Of a stretch of DNA of 64,000 nt, positions 1-12,066 are shown piece after piece. The translations under genes and the position numbers were made by a program. Under the pieces are notes generated by a model. It saw only the letters and a program-made list of their open reading frames with translations, was not told where the DNA came from and searched no databases. This stretch comes from Antedon mediterranea (lineage: Eukaryota; Animalia; Echinodermata): NCBI RefSeq assembly GCF_964355755.1, contig NC_092678.1, positions 14,782,371 to 14,846,370 on the forward strand. The letters are read 5' to 3'. How positions within the stretch are numbered: the stretch's first letter is position 1; each line of letters opens with the position of its first letter.

Positions 1-1080
1 ATTCGCAATATTCTAAAAAATACTTATTTCGAGAAATGTTTTACTTAAAATAAGAAGTCAATATCATACTATCTTATCAAGACTATTTTTGCTTAAATTG
101 AGATTCGCAATATTTTAAAAAATACTTATTTTGAAAAATGTTTTACTTAAAATAAGAAGTCAATATCATACTATCCTATCAAGACTATTTTTGCTTGAAT
201 TCAGATTCGCAATATTCTGATTTTGAGAAATGTTTTACTTAAAATAAGAAGTCAATATCATACTACTGTATCTTATCAAGACTATTTTTACTTGAATCAA
301 GATTCGCAATATTCTTTAAAATACTTATTTTGAGAAATGTTTTACTTAAAATAAGAAGTCAATATCATACTATATTATCAAGACTATTTTTGCTTAAATT
401 GAGATTCGCAATATTTTTAAAAATACTTATTTTGAGAAATGTTTTACTTAAAATAAGAAGTCAATATCATACTATCTTATCAAGACTATTTTTACTTGAA
501 TCAAGATTCGCAATATTCTTAAAAATACTTATTTCGAGAAATGTTTTACTTAAAATAAGAAGTCAATATCATACTACAGTATCTTATCAAGACTATTTTT
601 GCTTAAATTGAGATTCGCAATATTTAAAAAAATACTTATTTTGAAAAATGTTTTACTTAAAATAAGAAGTCAATATCATACTATCCTATCAAGACTATTT
701 TTGCTTGAATTCAGATTCGCAATATTCTGATTTTGAGAAATGTTTTACTTAAAATAAGAAGTCAATATCATACTATCTTATCAAGACTATTTTTACTTGA
801 ATCAAGATTCGCAATATTCTTTAAAATACTTATTTTGAGAAATGTTTTACTTAAAATAAGAAGTCAATATCATACTATCTTATCAAGACTATTTTTGCTT
901 AAATTGAGAATCGCAATATTTTAAAAAATACTTATTTTGAGAAATGTTTTACTTACTGTAAGATAAGAAGTCAATATCATACTATATCCTATCAAGACTA
1001 TTTTTGCTTGAATTGAAGTCAATTCTATTTTAATATTCTTAAAAATACTTATTTTGAGAAATGTTTTACTTAAAATAGAT
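1..1080. repeat. ~102-bp tandem array (left subterminal array of the EnSpm-like element)
   Basis: Unit ATTCGCAATATT...AAAATACTTATTTTGAGAAATGTTTTACTTAAAATAAGAAGTCAATATCATACTATCTTATCAAGACT recurs about 10 times (1, 103, ...). Confidence 0.9.
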
Positions 1081-1089
1081 TGTCAATAT

Positions 1090-2100
1090 CCTTATATTCA
1101 CACAACGGTAGAGCAGTTAGCACTTCAGTTTCAACTGATGAAAGAATCTGGGTAATCAAACTGTTCGTGCTTTGAATAATCGATTGCACTGCAACCACCT
1201 AAAGAAAATAATATTGATTTAATATTTTTTATATTCAAGTTTTAATATGTTTAAAAACTAAGTTGTGCTTTAGTTGGGGAGCTATGCAGCCTAACAAAAA
1301 AAATGTTATTTGTAACAATGAAATTGGTCACAAAAAAATGCAACATAAACTTAGAGTGTATAATGCCTAGGCCTAGGCCTAGTACCCAAGTCCTATAGTT
1401 ACTATAGCTAATAGTCCTGTATATAACAGTACCAGCAAGGCCTAGGAAATAGACGTATTTCTCTAATAAAAAATAGTTTAAAATGCATAATTGTTGTAAT
1501 TTTAAAGCAAAATGGCTTACCTGTGGAATCTTGTTTCTCTCCTTTAATTTTAGTAGAAAGAAATCAGCATTTTTTATACTATTATCTGCTTGTTCATCCT
1601 CTAGTTAGTAGGCCTTCTTGCTGAGCATCAACAAGATAATTAATATTAAACAATCATTAACAGTATAACAATACTAGAATTATCACTACTACTATCGTCA
1701 GTTGATAAATCATCCCCGTTATAATAGTTTTTTTCTTCATTAACTTCGTCAGTCTCCTAGTCTAGGCCTAGTTCTACTTCATCCTCAATTGGCATCCTCG
1801 TTTTCTCCAGGCATACTTATTACTGATGTTTCCATCGTCAACTGCAGGAGGTTGCCGATTGTTATACTCGTCCTTAAAATGGCGTCTTATGACATGCTTG
1901 TAAAACGAATTGTAAATTCCAAAGCTTGCCGGGCAGACAGCGAACCACCAATTCCACATGTTACTCGAAAATTCGGAGTATTTCCATGAATTGAATTATA
2001 ATGCCTTAGCAAATAGGGTAGCAAATACTGTACCTACTTCAGTTTACTGGCACCAACTTATCGCTTTTTTTCGGACTGCAACAAACATGTGTCATTATTA
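1090..2100 (-). pseudogene. 5' relic of EnSpm-type transposase (C2H2 finger plus helical N-terminus), truncated
   Basis: Minus-strand pieces: CGIGG..CPASFGIYNSFYKHVIRRH (frameshifted C2H2 finger), NADFFLLKLKERNKIPQ|gtaag, ag|VVAVQSIIQSTNSLITQIL. These resemble N-termini of animal EnSpm transposases. Stops are present and the catalytic part is missing. Confidence 0.6.
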
Positions 2101-2414
2101 TTGTCTGTCGTATTACTGTTAGTCCAGACGTTTTACAGATTTGCTTTAACCACCATGGAGGTTTATACCTCCATGCTTTAACGTTGAGCAGTATAATGAC
2201 CTTATACATTCTGGGTAAAAGGCCAGCGATAAATTTTTGGTTATAGTTGAAAAACAACACTGTGTGTGGTCGATGACCTAGCTCCCGGCGGGATCATGGC
2301 CAACGGTTTTTTAAAGTAATCATTCAAAATCTAGAGTTTGTAAGTAAAAGACACCTTTCATCGCAATTTATATATTAAATGCTTCAATAGGCCTAGTAAG
2401 ATTAGTCTAATATA

Positions 2415-4526
2415 ATGTCGAAGGAAGACGCTTTGTTGAAGATCCGAGAAATAGATGAAGAAGTGGCCAACATTTTAACAGGTTCGTAGGCCTAATAATT
2501 ATATTTTAATCTGCCAGCAGTCTAGGCCTAGCCTAGGCTCCTTCCTAGTTAGTAATACTGTAGGCCTGGAACTAGTAAGTCTAGGCTAGCCTACTATGCC
2601 TGTACTGACGGACAGGTGTATAGGTTTAGCTTAGCATTTTAGTTCAGACATTGACAGAGGGGACAAATATTGTCGGACCTATTTCAGCTAGGTATAAGGA
2701 AGGCCTAATAATAGATAATACAATTATAATGTAACAGTTATTTTGTAATGTAGCCATGAAATATCTACGAAGGATTATACTGTTTTATATACACATATTC
2801 CAATGAGAAATATAATGACATTTAAAAACACTTCTTTATATTTAATTAATTGTACACACTAAGTAATCCCCGAAGTGATCACATCGATATTGAAACTTTA
2901 TGTTTTTAACTCTAAATTTAAAAAAAACATACTAAAAAAACAAACAAAAAACATACGTACTGCATAACTAAAATTGTTATATTAAATTTCTTTTTAAAAA
3001 ACTGTGTTATTTACAATATCTTAAATTATTTGTTAGGTAATTGAAGAACTTCGAAGGATACTAATTATTACTAGGCAAAGAGGAATGAAATACAAAAGAA
3101 AGCTTTTTAAAAAAGTGCTTAGCAAATTTTTCCAAAGAAGAGAATAATATAGTTTATTTTGGTATTTTAAAGAGAAACACCAGTCCTCCATCTGGTAAGT
3201 ACAGTGTATGTTTTTGTACTTTTATCTATTCATAAATAGTTTTATAATGGACCAATGGTAGTGAGGAAAATACGTGTACATATTGTGTACGTATTTTTAA
3301 CAGCTTGGTTCGACTCAAGCTAGTGTCATGCACTCCTACCTTTGACAACTAAAATTAAATAAATGACTTATGAATATTAATTTTTGACATATTAATGCTC
3401 TCCTGGCCAGCCCACCCTTTCCCCTTCCTTTTACATTGACCACCTACAAAACTGTAGGCTACATTATTAAAAATTTGAGCTACAGTATATCAAGTTTATG
3501 TCCATACATTATTCCACTCATTTAAATAAATTTATATAATATAATGTTTTCAATTTGTTATTTTTGGTTAGGTTCAAAGATAACCCATATGTTGTCAAAT
3601 CTGTCAAACATATTTGTTGGGAAAAACTCATCAAAAAAAGTCTGCCGACCTTGAAGGTATTTAGTGTTTTTTAAAATTTAAAATACAAGTAACATTATGT
3701 ACATTAAAAAAAAGTGTTTTTTTAAAATCAAATTTATCTTAGCTTAAAATTCGAGGTATATACTATGTTTACAATAATTTATTAAAATCAAACAATTAAA
3801 CAAAATTTACATTTAATTGTATGATTGTTATTATAAACATTGATACGGAATAAAAACATCAATCAGGATTGAGCACCGTTTTGCGTATTGTCTTCCTAAA
3901 TAGTAATATTAAAAATAAATTTAGACCCTAATAATTTAACTAAAAATAATAGATACAGCCAGGCCTGTCTTTGGGATCGGTATAAACAGGGCAAAGTTTG
4001 TGATTAAAAAGTTCAAATGCATATTCCACCCACCCTTATGTCTTATAATGTAAAATTATTCTTACCACCGTTCTAATATTGCGTCATGTTTTTGTGTTTA
4101 CCGCCCCAGATATAGGACTCTAAAACCACACCGTACCCAATTAGTTGATGATGTTACACATATTTTAAATACAGTAATAACTAAAACTATATTAATCTCT
4201 TTTCATTTTTAGGAACATGAATAAAGATCCAGAATCCTGGTCTTCACGCCGATCAGGTAATATGCCGGTATTGCTTTTGGACACAGAAATGGCCTACATT
4301 AAAGTTTAGCAAACAATTCTAACTACAAAGAAAGCAAAATTAGATGAGGCTCTAGTTACTCTCCTCTCCACTTTTTACCTTCTGGATTTCGATTATCCAA
4401 AATGAAAAGAAGTAGGCCTCACTATCCATTAACAGTTAGTGATTTGTGATGAAAACACACCTGTACACTTGACAAAGGCTGTTGAATCATCATTAGTATA
4501 CATTAATAAATTTAAAGACACCTAAT
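2415..4526 (+). pseudogene. Spliced accessory gene relic of the EnSpm-like element (SAMD3-like)
   Basis: First exon MSKEDALLKIREIDEEVANILT|gt. Last exon from ~4213 reads ...KLDEALVTLLSTFYLLDFDYPK* with in-frame stops. The L..FY.LD.DYP ending resembles the SAMD3-like ORFs carried by animal EnSpm elements. Confidence 0.55.
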
Positions 4527-4819
4527 AGTTTAAAGCCCAGGTGCGGGAGAAGAATTTTACGAAATTTGTATTTTACCATTTTAATGTTTTTAAGTTTTCT
4601 TTTGATGGCATTTTATTATTAATAAAAACAAGTTTGTTTTAAAGAAGTTGTATATATTATTGTACCTAATGTCATGTAAATTGTAGTTCTTAATGAAAAT
4701 AACAGTATTGTTAATATTATGTTTAATAACATTCTTGAATTTATTTGTTTAAGTAAAATATTACTTAAAATGAGTATTCATTTATCGTTCTTAAAATAAA
4801 TTTTTAATGATTTATATTT

Positions 4820-6660
4820 TATAGAATTCTTGTTTCAAGCAATTTTTTTCCCAATATAAGTAAGAATTTACGAATTTTAATTTGATAGAATTCTTGTTTC
4901 AAGCAATACTTTTCTTAAAATAAGTAAACATTTACTGGTTTTTATTTGATAGACTTCTTGTTTACTTATTTTTAAAAAAGTTTTGCTTGAAACAAGAATT
5001 CTACAAATAAAAATCGGATCTTACTTATTTTAAGAAATATATTGCTTGAAACAAGAAAACTAAAAATATAAATCGGAATATTCTTACTTATTTTAAGAAA
5101 AATATTGCTTAAAACAAGAATTCTAAAAAATACAAACCGGAATATTCTTACTTATTTTAAGAAAAATATTGCTTGAAACAAGAATTCTACAAATAAAAAT
5201 CGGAATATTCTTACTTATTTTAAGAAATATATTGCTTGAAACAAGAATTCAAAAAATACAAATCGGAATATTCTTACTTATTTTAAGAAAAATATTGCTT
5301 GAAACAAGAATTCAAACAAATACAAATCGGAATATTCTTACTTATTTTAAGAAAAATATTGCTTGAAACAAGAATTCAAAAAATACAAATCGGATATTCT
5401 TACTTATTTTAAGAAATATATTGCTTGAAACAAGAATATTAAAATTAAAAATCGGAATATTCTTACTTATTTTAAGAAAAATATTGCTTAAAACAAGAAT
5501 TCTAAAAAATACAAATCGGAATATTCTTACTTATTTTAAGAAAAATATTGCTTGAAACAAGAATTCTACAAATAAAAATCGGAATATTCTTACTTATTTT
5601 AAGAAATATTTTGCTTGAAACAAGAATTCAAAAAATACAAATCGGAATATTCTTACTTATTTTAAGAAATATATTGCTTGAAACAAGAATATTAAAATTA
5701 AAAATCGGAATATTCTTACTTATTTTAAGAAAAATATTGCTTAAAACAAGAATTCTAAAAAATACAAATCGGAATATTCTTACTTATTTTAAGAAAAATA
5801 TTGCTTGAAACAAGAATTCTACAAATAAAAATCGGAATATTCTTACTTATTTTAAGAAATATTTTGCTTGAAACAAGAATTCAAAAAATACAAATCGGAA
5901 TATTCTTACTTATTTTAAGAAAAATATTGCTTGAAACAAGAATTCAAAAAATACAAATCGGAATATTCTTACTTATTTTAAGAAAAATATTGCTTGAAAC
6001 AAGAATTCAAAAAATAAAAATCGGAATATTCTTACTTATTTTAAGAAATATCTTGCTTGAAACAAGAATTCAAAAAAATACAAATCGGAATATTCTTACT
6101 TATTTTAAGAAATATATTGCTTGAAACAAGAATTCTATAAAATACAAATCGGAATATTCTTACTTATTTTAAGAAAAATATTGCTTGAAACAAGAATTCA
6201 AAAAATACAAATCGGAATATTCTTACTTATTTTAAGAAATATATTGCTTGAAACAAGAATATTAAAATTAAAAATCGGAATATTCTTACTTATTTTAAGA
6301 AAAATATTGCTTAAAACAAGAATTCTAAAAAATACAAATCGGAATATTCTTACTTATTTTAAGAAAAATATTGCTTGAAACAAGAATTCTACAAATAAAA
6401 ATCGGAATATTCTTACTTATTTTAAGAAATATTTTGCTTGAAACAAGAATTCAAAAAATACAAATCGGAATATTCTTACTTATTTTAAGAAATATATTGC
6501 TTGAAACAAGAATTCTATAAAATACAAATCGGAATATTCTTACTTATTTTAAGAAAAATATTGCTTGAAACAAGAATTCAAAAAATACAAATCGGATATT
6601 CTTACTTATTTTAAGAAAAATATTGCTTGAAACAAGAATTCTATTTTAAAAAATCGATAA
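4820..6660. repeat. ~60-bp tandem array (right subterminal array of the EnSpm-like element)
   Basis: Unit GCTTGAAACAAGAATTCAAAAAATACAAATCGGAATATTCTTACTTATTTTAAGAAAAATATT, roughly 28 copies; the first units near 4820-4960 are inverted. Confidence 0.92.
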
Positions 6661-6936
6661 ATTGTTACTTATTTTAAGGCAGATACTGCTTAAAACAAGA
6701 ATGAAAAAAGCAATTAAATTCTTGGTAAGAATATTGTTCTTAAAGTATTATTTCTTGGTAAGAATAATTTTCTTGATAAGAATTTGTGTGATTCTTGTTA
6801 AGAATTTTACGATTCTTGGTAAGCCAAAAAGTATTGAAATACGGACAAGTCAAAATTTACTTGTTTCAAGAAATATTTTGCTTGAAACAAGTTTTTTTTT
6901 TCTTAAAACAAGAATCAGAATTTTGCTGTGCACTAG

Positions 6937-7124
6937 GAATGACTAATTTAGACATGAATATGTTCTGGATAAGATCAGTATATGAGCATACTGTGGCGCA
7001 ACATGCTTCAGGAAACCCCATTTCAATTGATGGCAGGGTTTCCATAGAGTCACCTCCCATCAGTTTGGTTGCTACTCATATGGACAAATTGCCATCACGG
7101 ATAAAATGGAGAAATCGAAAAAAG
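6937..7124 (+). CDS. Exon: Roc GTPase C-terminal half with G4-like motif
   Basis: cactag|GA ATG... MTNLDMNMFWIRSVYEH...SPPISLVATHMDKL...K|gtaatt. W..S...PPI.LV.TH.D is the Roc G4 signature. Confidence 0.8.
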
Positions 7125-7203
7125 GTAATTCAGTCTTGTGTTAATGAACTGAACAATCTAGCATGGTATGATACTGAACAATGATGCTAATTAAGTTTAT
7201 CAA

Positions 7204-8588
7204 TTAGTAGCAATTATACCCAGGGCGGGTTTAAAAATTAGTTTAAAGCCTTCTCAACACCCGACGCCAGTATCTGTCTTTACTCACCAACATCACCCTT
7301 CTTCAATACCACCCCATACTATTTTTTTTAAACAAATTCTTCCCAGTGATGGACAAATTCAATTCAACGTAAGCTTCAAATTGAGAGGAGTATACATAGC
7401 TATGATGGGTCTAATAATGGTTGAAGTACGTTGTAAATTGTGTAAATGAATAGGTGTTATATTGGCTGATAATTAAAATATCTAATTTAGATACTGCGGG
7501 CCCCCCAGCCTTCTTTCTCCTCTCACTACCCCAGCCACAATCAACAAACCTTAACTCCTCCCCTAGACAGTTCAAATATAGTAAATTTTCCTAGTACAAT
7601 TCAAAGCATATAGGCTACTTCATTACGCCAGTATTTTCGCTCTTCCACCTCCCCCTACAAACACACCCCAGATACACTGGGTGATGTGTTGAAGACGGTT
7701 CCAGTACAAATTATGTTATTATCACTCCCAACCCATAATCCCTCAGTGGCAGTTTTCAAATGTAGTTTAAAACATTCCAAATACAGTTTAGGTCATGGTT
7801 TCCCAGGAATAATTAAATACTTTAACATTTGGCAAACACAATTCTGGTCTAAGCAAAACCCGCACTATCCCCTGAACCACAACTCCCAACCCCAAGTGTT
7901 TTCCTTGGAGGCATCGTGATGTAGTTGAACACAGTAACGGTAAACATTGTGTGTATGTTCACACAGGAATGGATGTCTGTAATGAGAAAATCCAAGAGAC
8001 TGATACATAGCTGGATATGGTTAATTTAAAGTACTTTGCTAAATGTGTAATTGAATAGGTGTCATATTGGTTAATTAATAAAATATGTATATCTATATCT
8101 ATATTTCCCCAAACACCTTGCTGAGAATAATTAAAATACTGTAAAACTTTTGTAGTATAATTTTACAATTTGATAGCCTACAACCCCGAGCCCTAGCAAA
8201 AAATGACATCACAAACCACCGCACCCCCTCCCCCCCTCCCACAAAAACCCCAGGAGTTGGGGGAATTTTTTTTAATGTAGTTTTTAAACCTTCCGGGTAC
8301 AATTGCCATCATTTTGATACCCCATACGTATGGTTACGTGCATAAACAGAAATTTTTATAACGAACAAACATCGAATTTGGGGTTTTGACCACATTTTGG
8401 TCCCTAACTTGGATCCTAGGTGGCGGATGATGTTGAAATATAGCTTTGAACATTCCCTGTACAATTGCGGTCATTTTGATACCCCATATGTAAGATTATG
8501 TGCAGTAACAAAATGTTGTATAACGAACAAACAAACAAACAAACAGACAAACAAACAGACAGACAAACTCTCTCACTTATAATATAGA
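7204..8588 (-). mobile_element. Non-autonomous Helitron-like element
   Basis: Minus-strand 5' end TCTATATTATAAGTGAGAGAG followed by a (TTTG/TCTG)n microsatellite. The 3' end has only a weak hairpin ACCCGCCCTGGGT before CTAC/CTAA. Confidence 0.5.
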
Positions 8589-8894
8589 TTCATCATCCAA
8601 TTTCATTCTTGTATCAATAGATGCTGTCATAATATTAAAAAATAAAACAAATCAGATTGCAGAACGTGTAGTAAAGTCGAGTAACACAAACATTGTACAC
8701 TAACTACAAAAATAACCCTATGACTATCAATAAACATAGATATTTATAAATAATTGATCGTCACTTATTCGTGTACGTAAGAATCGTTCTACAACATTGA
8801 GTTTAAAATAATATATATAGTTTTATTTAATACATGAGAACTTATGAAAGTCATACATCAAATAACTACTTGATGTCTTGAAATAATAATGATA

Positions 8895-8990
8895 AACAAT
8901 ATCAAAACAAAAGGACGACGTTAGACGCATTAGGAAAGATAAACATATCCTAGTCCTCCCTGCAGATAAAGGAAGACCAATAGTAAGACG
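8895..8990 (+). mobile_element. Tiny Penelope-like RT N-terminal fragment
   Basis: Translates ISKQKDDVRRIRKDKHILVLPADKGRPIV, containing the ADKG motif of Penelope-like elements. Confidence 0.55.
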
Positions 8991-10075
8991 TGCACAGTTA
9001 GTGCCAACATTATACAATTCCACCCGTGGATAAAAATTAATATTACTCCATTAGAGTTTTTAAGACCTTAACAAGGCATTTAATTACATCAACCATCATA
9101 AATGGTTACAAACTGAAATATTATGGTGTTCGCGGAATTTATTTGCATTGTAATGGTTTTCAAGTTATCTACATAAGATACGACAATTGTTGGAAACCAT
9201 TCTTCGGATATAATTCATTTTACATGTGAAGGGCATCAAGGGCTCATTTTAGGGCCTCTTTGTTGGTTTTTATTATATGTAATGACCTATGTAAACTATC
9301 TAATAATAATTAAATTTTATGTTGATACCTGTATCTTATGTAGTCATAAGAATAACAAAAATTATGAATTTCAAATAATGAATGACAATTTGGTTTGATA
9401 CTTTCAAGAAGTTTTACATCTAATGAACTTACACTTAATTCAAATAAATCAAAATGTATACTGCTTAGTTCAAGAAATAAAACCCACAAACCTACAGAAA
9501 TTAATGATATATTATCCTCCTGAAAAAAGGGGTTGTTTTTTTGGAATGTTTATGCTTCATAATAATTATTCCTTTGACCCAAAAATTGGATAGGAAACAC
9601 AATTATTTGCTAAAAAAATGTAATTTAAAACAAAGTCAAATTGACTGGAAGTCAATGGGTTTTGGTTGAACTTAACCATTTATCTTTTTTAATCCATAAT
9701 AATTCAATTACATCAATTGTTTGGCTATTATAGAGTAGAGTCAAGTCTACCTTGCTAACTTACATTTATTTGCCCATCTTCAATTTTATCTCATTTAGGC
9801 CTACACTATGCTATTTAATGCTGGGTTGGAGCTGGATCTCCATTAATAAATTGTTGAATTATTTTGCAAAAGATAACTTGAAGGAAGGATTGTGCTAAGG
9901 TTCCTTATTATTACTTATCAATTCTACTTTTTTTTCTCACAAATATTTTGACATATGTCATAATTCTATTCATCTGTTTAAGGCATCCAAACAATCTCTC
10001 TTTCGCACACTTATTAAAAAGGTTTCCACTTCATTTGTGTCAACCAAAGCCCGTTCCCTTTCCCACAATATTTCT

Positions 10076-11136
10076 TCTATATATAAAATGTACGTAAGGG
10101 CAAAATTCGGTAAATCGCGCCTTACTTCTAGAATTTTTACTCGATGGTATATAAAGTTGGTTCGTACTTTCGGTACTGATTTTAACCCCCTGATGTAACC
10201 CTGTTCACTAATAATATACGATTATACAGATGTATTGATTTGCGATGAATGGAACATCCCAATCTCTCAGTCTGCCAGAGTTTGGTTTAACACAAGTAGG
10301 TAAATTTATGAGCCCTTGGTTTACCACATACGGTAGGTAAATATATGGGCCCATTGAGAATAAACTTGCAATACTTTGACAATACTGTAAACACCTATTA
10401 ACTATGTTTGGTCTTCATTTGAATCGAACGTTTCTTACTGTGAATGTTCGTACTGTTAGATGTAATATAAAAATATATACAAATAAACCTTATTACTGAG
10501 GTTGTGGATAGGCTCTACTGTTAGATATATAAACACATTATTATAATATACAAATAAACTTTATACTGACAGTTCCTTCTCAACGTTTGTATTAATTAAT
10601 AATTACCAAACATATAAACGTCGTAGTGGTGTATCGTGACATTTACTTTAATATTTCAATCGATTATGACAGTGACATTTTTAACAAAGTATTAAATCGC
10701 AAATGTTTTATTGTATTTAGAGGTATATTATTTATAGGCCTATAAAACATGAACAAAATATTTCGTTACTGAGTGGATAAAGAATATATTTAAAAATTGT
10801 TCCTCTTTGTACCTATCCGCTTTCCCATCCCTCAACCCTAATGTTACATACAAAACACAAATTGGGTTTCTTTAAATGAGTCCAAATAAAACATATGGAA
10901 TCATTTTGTGATAAGTTTCTCCTTCGGAAGTAATTCACAGGGTGCTAATTTTAGTTGACTACATAAATCATCGTGTCTATTTATTGGTTTCTGTAAACGA
11001 CAATGTATTATAGTTCTGCGGTACGTACATTTGAAATCGCCAGTTTTGTTACGCTGAAATTATTGTGTATTCGAGAACCTTCTGTGGGCGCGGCACGACC
11101 CAGATGGTACGCGAGCGAAGTGAGCGTACCTACTAG
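10076..11136 (+). mobile_element. Non-autonomous Helitron copy 1 (both ends present)
   Basis: 5' TCTATATATAAAATGTACGTAAGGGC; 3' hairpin GGTACGCGAGCGAAGTGAGCGTACC followed by TACTAG. Confidence 0.8.
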
Positions 11137-11620
11137 TCTATAATCTATATATATAAATTTACGTAAGGGCAAAATTCGGTAAATCGCTCGTTATTTCTAG
11201 AATGTTTACTCGATGGTATATCAAGTTGGTTCGTACTTTCGGTACTGATTTTAACCACCTGATGTAACCCTGTTTACTAATTAAATTGAGTTCGATAAGT
11301 AGTTATTGACAATTAAAACGAATGTAGGTTCAACGATTTGCCCCAAATAGGGGTATTTTTAGATCGTGGTATACACTGTCTAATGGATGTCCGTCTTGAA
11401 AAATACCCGCAGACGATAATACAAGGATGCTTCACATTTTCCTATCTCTTCCTACGATAGTTGTTTTTAATGGCTGAAAACCGGTTGAAAAGCTCGAGTA
11501 CAGCATCATAATGTTAAAGAAAGGCCGATTTTCTTTAAAAAATTCAATTTTGATAGATTTAATATACGTTTATACAAATGTATTGATTTGCGATGAATGG
11601 AACATTCCAATCTCTGTTCC
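11137..11620 (+). mobile_element. Helitron copy 2 (5' part), head-to-tail with copy 1
   Basis: Starts TCTATAATCTATATATATAAATTTACGTAAGGGC directly after the CTAG of copy 1. Confidence 0.75.
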
Positions 11621-12066
11621 ACAAGTGTCTATTCCCTCAGGCGTCGTAAAGGCAAGTACTGTATACTCATAACAGAAATTCGATCCATTTTTTTTTTCAA
11701 TCTGTGCTGCAGAGGTTGGATATACATTTTTTTTTAACGGATAATGAGCTAGCATTTTCAGTCGCCGTATGTACAACTCTTTATTATTGCAGTTAAACCA
11801 CCCACATCATCACCCTTCCCCCACTGGCATGAGTAGCGTTGTAAAGCCAGTAAAGGATAGGCCTACGGTGCATCATATGCCCTAAACGCAGAACAACTTT
11901 GGTGGGTAGGGTAGGAATCAACTTAAGTATGAATTGGCTATAAGAAACAATTGAAAACCATTAGGCCTACTAATTTAGTTGAGTTAGATAATTTAATATT
12001 TATTGACGATTAAATCGAATTTATTATTTTCCCCGAATAGAGGTGGTTTTCACAAATTGTTTTACA

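Larger units (their letters stand above)
1..6930. mobile_element. EnSpm/CACTA (CMC)-like DNA transposon, internally deleted; left end lies upstream of the window
   Basis: Right end ...AGAATTTTGCTGTG (reverse complement CACAGCAAAATTCT, a CACAG-type terminus). Long subterminal arrays on both sides share CTTAAAATAAG/CTTGAAACAAG motifs. Head-to-head transposase-like and accessory gene relics lie inside. Confidence 0.75.

Noticed and set aside
330-6378. Repetitive ORFs (MRNVLLKIRSQY..., MLETRILQIKIG...) as repeat proteins, or the arrays as CRISPR
   Set aside because: They are translations of 102-bp and 60-bp tandem units. There are no unique spacers, no cas genes, and the context is eukaryotic.
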